Shown piece after piece: positions 57,257-64,000 of a DNA stretch of 64,000 bases (the first letter of the stretch is position 1; each line of letters opens with the position of its first letter). The stretch spans positions 14,890 through 78,889 of the forward strand of contig LUQU01000003.1 of assembly GCA_001628005.1 (NCBI GenBank), given 5' to 3'. The notes below the pieces were generated by a model. That model saw nothing but the letters and a program-made list of their open reading frames with translations. It made no database searches and was not told the DNA's origin. The translations under genes and the position numbers were made by a program. Origin of the DNA: SAR86 cluster bacterium REDSEA-S09_B4 (GTDB lineage: Bacteria; Pseudomonadota; Gammaproteobacteria; Magnimaribacterales; Magnimaribacteraceae).

Positions 57257-58185
57257 TGATCAGATTAAATAAATACTGGACAACTTTATTGAATAGTCTT
57301 GATTTAGATCCCTATGGGCAAGTAAAAGATAAGCGAATTGAAAATTGGAAGAAAATAATCTCAAACTTACCTCTAATTAACACAACCAAAGTAGATTTAG
57401 TAGATGGGATTACAGTTCAAGGGAAATGGGATAGTAAAGACAAACAAAGAACGGAAGAAGGCCTAATGCAACTTGTCCCCTGGAGAAAAGGCCCTTTCAC
57501 GATTCAAGATATATTTATTGATGCCGAGTGGCAGTCAAATATGAAATGGGAGCGTGTTCTGGATTTAAATATAGAATTAAAGGGAAAAAATATTTTAGAT
57601 GTTGGATCGGGTAATGGTTATTACGGATTTAGGATGTTAGGGAAGGGCGCGGAGTTCGTAATTTGTTTAGAGCCCAACGTCAGTCATTTAACTCAGTTTC
57701 TGGCATTAAACCATTTCATTAACTCAAACAGAATAAGAATGGTTCCACTAAGGATTGAAGAAATATCTTTTTTTGATAAGTGTTTTGATTTGGTATTCAG
57801 TATGGGGGTTTTGTACCACCAGAGAAATCCAGAAAATCATCTAAATATACTAACTTCGCATTTAAATGAAGGCGGACAAATAATTCTAGAAACATTAATA
57901 GCTCCTGATGAATATGGACAGGCTCTTATACCTAAAAGCAGTTATGCAAATATGTCTAACGTTTGGTTTATTCACACTAGAAAAGGCTTGGAAGACTTAA
58001 TTAATAAATCAGGTTTAAAAATATTGAAAATGGGTTCTTCGGTAAAAACTATGCCTGAAGAACAAAGAGCAACTAAGTGGATGCCATTTAGATCTTTAGT
58101 AGATGGATTAAGTCAAGGGTTGGATAGAACTGTAGAAGGTTTGCCAAGCCCAGATAGGGTGGTTTTGGTTTTAACTAAACTATGA
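57256..58185 (+). CDS. cmoB: tRNA U34 carboxymethyltransferase CmoB
   Basis: 309 aa with PWRKGPF, DAEWQSNMKW and DVGSGNGYY motifs. Its start overlaps the cmoA stop. Confidence 0.88.
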   Translation: MIRLNKYWTTLLNSLDLDPYGQVKDKRIENWKKIISNLPLINTTKVDLVDGITVQGKWDSKDKQRTEEGLMQLVPWRKGPFTIQDIFIDAEWQSNMKWERVLDLNIELKGKNILDVGSGNGYYGFRMLGKGAEFVICLEPNVSHLTQFLALNHFINSNRIRMVPLRIEEISFFDKCFDLVFSMGVLYHQRNPENHLNILTSHLNEGGQIILETLIAPDEYGQALIPKSSYANMSNVWFIHTRKGLEDLINKSGLKILKMGSSVKTMPEEQRATKWMPFRSLVDGLSQGLDRTVEGLPSPDRVVLVLTKL

Positions 58186-60264
58186 ATCTGAATAATCAAG
58201 CCTCGCCCCAATCCACCTATTGATAAGAGACCTAGCGTGAAGTTCATTTGTTTTAGCAATAAGAAGGGCCTCTTGTTGAGCAGACTCTAAAAGATCTGAA
58301 TCTCTTATAGGGTTAGCTATTTTTAAGTTCATTAAGCCAGACTGTCTTAATCCATGAATATCGCCACCACCCCTAAGCTCTAGGTCTTTTTCAGCTATTA
58401 CAAATCCATCATTTGTGTTTTCCATCGTACTTATTCTCTCCTTAGCTAGTTCACTAAGGGGCTCTCTAAAAAGAAGCAAGCAATGCGAATCTGTGTCAGC
58501 CTTTCTACCTACTCTACCTCTTAGTTGATGAAGTTGAGCTAGACCTAGTCTTTCTGGATTTTCTATTATCATTAAAGTAGCTTCAGGAACATCTACTCCT
58601 ACTTCTATAACCGTGGTACAAACTAAAAGTTGTATGTCACCCTTTCTAAATCTATTTATAACTTTATCTTTTTCTTCTTTTTTAAGACGACCGTGGACTA
58701 ATCCGGTTTTAACTTTGGGTACTTCGCTACTTATTTCTTTAAAAAGCTCTTCAGCTGCCTGTGCTTCGAGTTCGTCTGAGTCTTCTATAAGGGTACAAAC
58801 CCAATAAACCCTTTGGCCCTCTAGGCAAACTTCTTCGATACGTTTAATAACTTTACTGCGCATAGAATTGGGCCTAGAGGTAGTTTCAACAGGCCTTCTT
58901 CCAGGCGGCAATTCATCGATTATGGAAGTGTCTAATGCCCCATAGACTGTCATAGAAAGAGTTCTGGGTATTGGCGTAGCAGTCATAATTAGTTGATGCG
59001 GGCTTTTTTCCTTGTCACCTCCTTTTTCAAGTAAAGTAAATCTTTGATGAACCCCAAACCTATGTTGTTCATCGATTATGGTCAGACCAACTGAGTTAAA
59101 AATAACATCTTTCTGAAATAAAGCATGAGTACCTAATAAAACTTGTGTTTTTCCGCTTTGTAAATCCGAAAGAATTCTTTTTCTATCCTTGGCTTTAGTT
59201 GAACCCAAAAGTAAATCTACCTTTATACCCAAACCAGTAAACCACTCAGTCATATTTTCATAATGTTGCTCTGCTAAGATTTCGGTAGGACACATAAATG
59301 CGGTTTGCAAACTATTATGAGAAGCTTGCAGAGTTGCAAGTGCAGCTATAACTGTCTTTCCAGATCCAACATCTCCCTGTAACAGTCTTCTCATGGGAGT
59401 CTCCTTTTCAAAATCCTTTTTTATCTCTCCCCATACCCTCGTTTGAGCATTTGTTAATTCAAAACCCAGTGAACCTAGTAATAACTTTTCTTGTTTTGAA
59501 GCAGACTGCATTAAGGGAGATTTTCTAAGCTCTGTTTCTCTCTTTAACATTCCTGAGCAAAGGATATGAGCAACTAACTCTTCTTTGATTAATTTTCTTT
59601 GCGCTGGATGTTGGCCTGAAGAAAGTAACTCCAAGCTGGTTTCTGTTGGAGGATTATGAATGAAGGTTAGAGCACTTAACAAATCCTTAAAACCACCTTT
59701 TTCCTCAGTTTCCCAATTTTCTTTCAGTAAGTTATTTTTTTGGCAATAGACAATGGACCCTTGAATCAATTTTCGTAATCTGCCTTGTTGAAGATTTAAA
59801 GTTGAGGGGTAAATTGGAGTTAAGTGATCTTCTATTTCCACTTTTTCATCTTTAGAAAACACCTGATACTGCGGGTGTATCATCTCTTTCCCTTTTGGGC
59901 CGTGCCTTATGGTCCCAAAACATCTTATTTTATGGCCTTCCTTAAGGTTTTTATGTTGAGCTAAGGCAAAGTGAAACATCCTCATAGTCAATCTTCCTGT
60001 GCCATCAAATATCTCAGTTATGAGCATCCTCCTGCCCCTAAAGACTACTGTCGATTTAACTATTTCACCCTCTATTAATAGTGGGGTTTCGTAAGGGGCA
60101 TCTCCTATAGGGGTGAGGTTTGTTCTGTCTTCATATTTATAAGGTAAATGGAAGACAGCATCTTCAACCTGATAAATACCAAGGTTAGATAAAGTGTCGG
60201 CTATTTTTGGACCTACACCTCTAATGTTTTGTATTGGGTGTTTTTTTTCTTTGCCTTCGGGCAT
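58180..60264 (-). CDS. recG: ATP-dependent DNA helicase RecG
   Basis: 694 aa with a wedge domain and SF2 helicase motifs (GDVGSGKT, IIDEQHRFG, MTATPIPRT, QLHQLRGRVGR). Confidence 0.95.
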   Translation of the reverse strand: MPEGKEKKHPIQNIRGVGPKIADTLSNLGIYQVEDAVFHLPYKYEDRTNLTPIGDAPYETPLLIEGEIVKSTVVFRGRRMLITEIFDGTGRLTMRMFHFALAQHKNLKEGHKIRCFGTIRHGPKGKEMIHPQYQVFSKDEKVEIEDHLTPIYPSTLNLQQGRLRKLIQGSIVYCQKNNLLKENWETEEKGGFKDLLSALTFIHNPPTETSLELLSSGQHPAQRKLIKEELVAHILCSGMLKRETELRKSPLMQSASKQEKLLLGSLGFELTNAQTRVWGEIKKDFEKETPMRRLLQGDVGSGKTVIAALATLQASHNSLQTAFMCPTEILAEQHYENMTEWFTGLGIKVDLLLGSTKAKDRKRILSDLQSGKTQVLLGTHALFQKDVIFNSVGLTIIDEQHRFGVHQRFTLLEKGGDKEKSPHQLIMTATPIPRTLSMTVYGALDTSIIDELPPGRRPVETTSRPNSMRSKVIKRIEEVCLEGQRVYWVCTLIEDSDELEAQAAEELFKEISSEVPKVKTGLVHGRLKKEEKDKVINRFRKGDIQLLVCTTVIEVGVDVPEATLMIIENPERLGLAQLHQLRGRVGRKADTDSHCLLLFREPLSELAKERISTMENTNDGFVIAEKDLELRGGGDIHGLRQSGLMNLKIANPIRDSDLLESAQQEALLIAKTNELHARSLINRWIGARLDYSDS

Positions 60265-60279
60265 AAATTGTGTTGAAGA

Positions 60280-60657
60280 CTATTTTTTAACTATTATTCC
60301 TTCAACTTCAATCAGAGAGTCTAACGGTAGTTTGGCCACTTGAATAGCAGCTCTTGCGGGGTACGGTTCAGAAAAGAGCTCTTTCATTACATCATTAACT
60401 TTAGCGAAGACTGATAAATCTGAGAGATAAACATTTAGCTTGACGATGTCATCTAAAGAGACTCCGGCAGCGTTGCATACAGCCTGAATATTTTTAAATA
60501 CCTGTCTAATTTGTTCTTCATCACCTTCAACGAGTTCCATAGACTTTGGATCTAAAGGAACCTGTCCTGAAAGGTAGATGGTATTGCCTGTATCAATGGC
60601 CTGAGAATAAGTACCAAGTGCTTTAGGTGCAGACTCCGTTTCTATTTTGTTCTTCAT
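60280..60657 (-). CDS. ridA: RidA family reactive-intermediate deaminase (YjgF/L-PSP)
   Basis: 125 aa with APKALGTYSQA and PARAAIQVAKLP...IEVEGI motifs. Confidence 0.88.
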   Translation of the reverse strand: MKNKIETESAPKALGTYSQAIDTGNTIYLSGQVPLDPKSMELVEGDEEQIRQVFKNIQAVCNAAGVSLDDIVKLNVYLSDLSVFAKVNDVMKELFSEPYPARAAIQVAKLPLDSLIEVEGIIVKK

Positions 60658-60673
60658 AATCCTTCTCCAGTAA

Positions 60674-62815
60674 TTAATGTAAGGTTTTTGCTTCTCTCAT
60701 TTCTTGATCATGAATTCTCTGTACTGAGAGTATATTTTTTAATTTTCTTAGTTTTCTAATAAGAATAGCTAGCTGATCTCTATCTTTAACTTGAAGAGTC
60801 AGCACGAATTCTATGTGCCCTTGATCGAGTTCTTGGGTATGTATAGATTCAATATTAGTAGATGCGTTTGTTATGGCTGCTGCCATAGTTGCTAGTAATC
60901 CGGGTTCATCTGAAGCTAAGATCTTTACGTCTGTAGAAAATTCTCTCTGTAACTCTTCATGCCAATTTACTGGAAAGCACTGACTAGGATCTTCTCTAAT
61001 TGACAAAATATTTTTACACCTTTCTTGGTGTACCACTAAACCATTAGTAGTGAAATGGCCTATAACTGAGTCACCCGGTATTGGTTTGCAGCAAGTTGCG
61101 TAATTCACAACAAGTCCTTCTGTTCCAGTAATTTCCAGGGATAGATTATTGGAGTCTTTCTCTTCATCTTCTTTGTCTAGAAAACTAATCATTTGTCTGG
61201 CAACAACATTTCCAACTCTCTTTCCTAGGCCAATCTCTTCTAACAATCTGTTAAGACTTTTAACACCCAAAGCATCTAGCGCCTCTTTTAATTCGTCTTT
61301 TTTAAGATGTCTTAATTTGACGTTTTGATGACCTAGGGACTGATCTAGTAATTTCTTTCCCAGTTTTCTGGCTTCGGATATCTTTAAATTACTTAAATAA
61401 GTTCTTATGCTGTTTCTTGCACGTGAACTTACTGCGAAATTAAGCCAAGCAGGCGATGTTTGGGGAATCTTATCTCTTAAAATCTCAACGGTCTGGCCAC
61501 TCTCTAAAGGAACACTTAGTGGAGCCAGTTTTCTGTTTATCCTGCAGGCCCTGCAATGATGTCCTATATCAGTATGAACTGAGTAAGCGAAATCTATTGC
61601 TGTTGATCCAGCTACAAGCTGAATTATTTCTCCTTCAGGGGTAAATACATAGATTTCATCAGGGAATATATCTGTTTTTACCGATTCAATAAATTCTTCT
61701 GAAGATTCTAGGTTGTCTCTCATTTCAAGCAGATCCGCAACCCATCTCCTTGCTTTTTGTTGGGGATTGCTTTCTGTTCCTTCACCCATCTTGTAAATCC
61801 AATGAGAAGCTATTCCATTTTCTGCCATCTCATTCATCTCTTCTGTTTTTATCTGGAATTCAATGGGTTGACCATCTAAACCAACTACACCTGTATGGAT
61901 TGATTGATAGCCGTTAGATTTAGGAATAGAAATAAAATCTTTAAATCTACCTTCAATCGGTTTAAAAATACTGTGAATAACGCCAAGAGTTTTGTAACAG
62001 TTATCAGGACTATCTACAATTACTTTAAAGGCAACCACATCCATAATCTCATCGAATGACCTGCGGCTTTCTTTCATTTTTCTATATATGCTGTAGGTAT
62101 GTTTCTCTCTTCCTTCAACGTAAGCAGGGATCCCTTGATCAACTAGCTTTTTTTCTAAAGTTCTTTTTATTTTTTTTAGTAATCTCTTTTGACCACCCCT
62201 GTTCTTTTTTGTTGCAACTCTTAAGCGCCTATACCTGGTTGGATAAAGAACTTTAAAAGACCTATCTTCTAATTCTCGGTAAACAGTGTTCATGCCTATT
62301 CTGTGTGCAATAGGCGCATAAATCTCTAATGTTTCTCTGGCTTTAAGTTTTTGTTTTTCCTTATCAAGATATTCAATAGTTCTCATGTTATGCAATCTGT
62401 CAGCTAATTTAACAACAATTACTCTTATGTCTTTCGCCATAGCTAGAATCATTTTTTGAAAATTCTCTGCGTGGGCTTCAGTTCTGGAAGAAATCTTTAA
62501 TTGGTCTAGTTTGCTTACACCATCAACGAGATTAGCTACATTTTTATTGAATTTTTTCTCTATAACACTTTTAGGTACTCCGCAGTCTTCAATAACATCA
62601 TGCAACATAGCAGCTGAAAGGCTGTCTTCATCCATATGATAAGAGCTCAGAATACTTGCCACGGCTATGGGGTGGCTGACGTAAGGATCACCACTAGTTC
62701 TGAACTGACCCGAATGAGCTTCACTGGCAAATTCAAAAGCTTTATTAACTTGTTCTATTTGACCAGAGTCTAAGTAATCTGAAAGTTTTTCTGATAAAGC
62801 GTCAATTGATTCCAT
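60674..62815 (-). CDS. spoT: bifunctional (p)ppGpp synthetase/hydrolase SpoT/RelA-family protein
   Basis: 713 aa with an intact HD hydrolase motif (HPIAVA...LHDVIEDC), a synthetase domain, and TGS and ACT domains. It sits in the rpoZ-spoT synteny. Confidence 0.92.
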   Translation of the reverse strand: MESIDALSEKLSDYLDSGQIEQVNKAFEFASEAHSGQFRTSGDPYVSHPIAVASILSSYHMDEDSLSAAMLHDVIEDCGVPKSVIEKKFNKNVANLVDGVSKLDQLKISSRTEAHAENFQKMILAMAKDIRVIVVKLADRLHNMRTIEYLDKEKQKLKARETLEIYAPIAHRIGMNTVYRELEDRSFKVLYPTRYRRLRVATKKNRGGQKRLLKKIKRTLEKKLVDQGIPAYVEGREKHTYSIYRKMKESRRSFDEIMDVVAFKVIVDSPDNCYKTLGVIHSIFKPIEGRFKDFISIPKSNGYQSIHTGVVGLDGQPIEFQIKTEEMNEMAENGIASHWIYKMGEGTESNPQQKARRWVADLLEMRDNLESSEEFIESVKTDIFPDEIYVFTPEGEIIQLVAGSTAIDFAYSVHTDIGHHCRACRINRKLAPLSVPLESGQTVEILRDKIPQTSPAWLNFAVSSRARNSIRTYLSNLKISEARKLGKKLLDQSLGHQNVKLRHLKKDELKEALDALGVKSLNRLLEEIGLGKRVGNVVARQMISFLDKEDEEKDSNNLSLEITGTEGLVVNYATCCKPIPGDSVIGHFTTNGLVVHQERCKNILSIREDPSQCFPVNWHEELQREFSTDVKILASDEPGLLATMAAAITNASTNIESIHTQELDQGHIEFVLTLQVKDRDQLAILIRKLRKLKNILSVQRIHDQEMREAKTLH

Positions 62816-62871
62816 AGAAATAAAACTCTTTTAGGCTGTTTAACCCAAAGATTAATTAATTAAGGTTGTTA

Positions 62872-63144
62872 TTATTCTTCAGGTAGGTCTTCTGCTGCAA
62901 GTTCTTCAGAGAACTCGTCTTCAAGATCTGCAATATCTACCGTTAATTCGTTTATGTTGTCTTGGGTAACTGTTCCGGCTTCAATTTCTCTTAATGCCAT
63001 AACAGTAGCTTTATCATTTTCCCATTCTAAGGTAGCTCTTCTACCCCCTGTAGCTAATTGTCTAGCTCTTTTTGCGGCCAAAACAATCAAATCATACCTA
63101 GTTGGTACCTTATCTAAACAGTCTTCAACAGTAACTCTTGCCAT
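62872..63144 (-). CDS. rpoZ: DNA-directed RNA polymerase subunit omega
   Basis: 90 aa with the typical RpoZ N-terminus [30 protein letters not shown]. Confidence 0.93.
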   Translation of the reverse strand: MARVTVEDCLDKVPTRYDLIVLAAKRARQLATGGRRATLEWENDKATVMALREIEAGTVTQDNINELTVDIADLEDEFSEELAAEDLPEE

Positions 63145-63192
63145 AATATGCTTCTTCAGAAAAATGAAACGCGCATTCTACAGGATATCTTT

Positions 63193-63810
63193 CTATTCTT
63201 CCAATAAACCCTTTAGACAAAAGTTCACTAGGTCTTTTCTTTCCGTTCTTAGTGTTTTGTTTGAAATGATTATGGTTTTTAAATCTGCTAAGGCTTCTTC
63301 AAATTCATCATTCACAATAAGGTGATCAAAATATTGACCCTGTTTAATTTCTTCCTTCGCTTCTGCCAAGCGCTGATCAATAGCCTCTTTTTTGTCCAAT
63401 CCTCTTTTATTTAACCTAGTTTCTAGATCAGTATAAGAAGGTGGCAAGATGAATATTGTTTTGGAATCTGGGTAAATTTCTTTAACTTGGCTTGCTCCTT
63501 GCCAATCTAATTCAAGAATAACATTCCAACCCTTTTTTATCTTATTCTCGACCCAAGATTTGCTTGTTCCCTTTAAATCTCCAAAGACATCAGCATATTC
63601 TAAGAATTCTTTTTCTTTAATCATATGCTCAAACTCTTTATTGCTAATAAAAAAGTAAGATTCACCATGTTTTTCAGTTACTCTTTTTTCTCTAGTCGTA
63701 TAAGAGATACTAAGAGTTAACTTAAGGTCTTTGGCCTCTTCTAATAAAGCATTAATAAGTGAAGTTTTACCAGCTCCAGAAGGAGCTGCTATGACTATAA
63801 GTTTTGCCAT
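63193..63810 (-). CDS. gmk: guanylate kinase
   Basis: 205 aa with P-loop APSGAGKTSL and the TTREKR guanylate kinase signature. Confidence 0.95.
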   Translation of the reverse strand: MAKLIVIAAPSGAGKTSLINALLEEAKDLKLTLSISYTTREKRVTEKHGESYFFISNKEFEHMIKEKEFLEYADVFGDLKGTSKSWVENKIKKGWNVILELDWQGASQVKEIYPDSKTIFILPPSYTDLETRLNKRGLDKKEAIDQRLAEAKEEIKQGQYFDHLIVNDEFEEALADLKTIIISNKTLRTERKDLVNFCLKGLLEE

Positions 63811-63890
63811 GTTTTCTTAAAATGAGGTTATTCTAGGATGGAAACAATTACAATACTTGCTTAAGATAAATATTTATTAGATTCTCATAG

Positions 63891-64000
<110 letters not shown>

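Noticed and set aside
1305-63325. Numerous 60-160-aa ORFs antisense to or out of frame within conserved genes (for example 16451-16933, 18513-18866, 40962-41342, 52096-52470, 53720-54040, 55506-55928, 62954-63325)
   Set aside because: Each is fully or largely embedded in a gene with strong family signatures on the other strand or frame. Their translations are low-complexity (Ser/Leu/Ile/Pro-rich), which is typical of shadow ORFs in AT-rich DNA.

Overview
This is a visibly AT-rich, very gene-dense chromosomal segment. I did not compute GC content. It most likely comes from a streamlined marine gammaproteobacterium. Several gene blocks match Pseudomonadales/Oceanospirillales-type core synteny: rpoH-thiS-thiG-trmB, rdgB-metW-metX-yggT-proC-yggS, lgt-thyA, gcvTHP-rppH, mutY-yggX, ntrBC, cmoAB, and recG-ridA-spoT-rpoZ-gmk next to pyrE. 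I call about 70 protein genes, almost all housekeeping, plus one tRNA-Phe(GAA). Two are small genes missing from the ORF track: a 54-aa rubredoxin and a less certain 59-aa ORF. I saw no CRISPR array, IS element, transposase, integrase, toxin-antitoxin pair or recognisable defence gene, and I cannot point to a clear, self-contained new multigene system. The features that stand out are: (1) a 47-nt perfect direct repeat of the tRNA-Phe 3' end bracketing a single PhyH-family dioxygenase gene, which looks like an integration scar; (2) a DUF1295-like membrane domain fused to phosphatidylserine decarboxylase; (3) a TtpC-like large ExbB-family gene of a TonB2-type cluster split by a frameshift at an A5 run; (4) a type II glutamine synthetase in the glnA position upstream of ntrBC, with an NtrC-like dyad; (5) a metX leader with a terminator abutting the start codon and pseudoknot potential, possibly a SAM-responsive attenuator; (6) a DnaA-box dyad upstream of gcvT; and (7) a secreted protein with many MORN repeats. 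All homology calls rest on motif recognition by eye and recalled family knowledge. No database search or computation was run.
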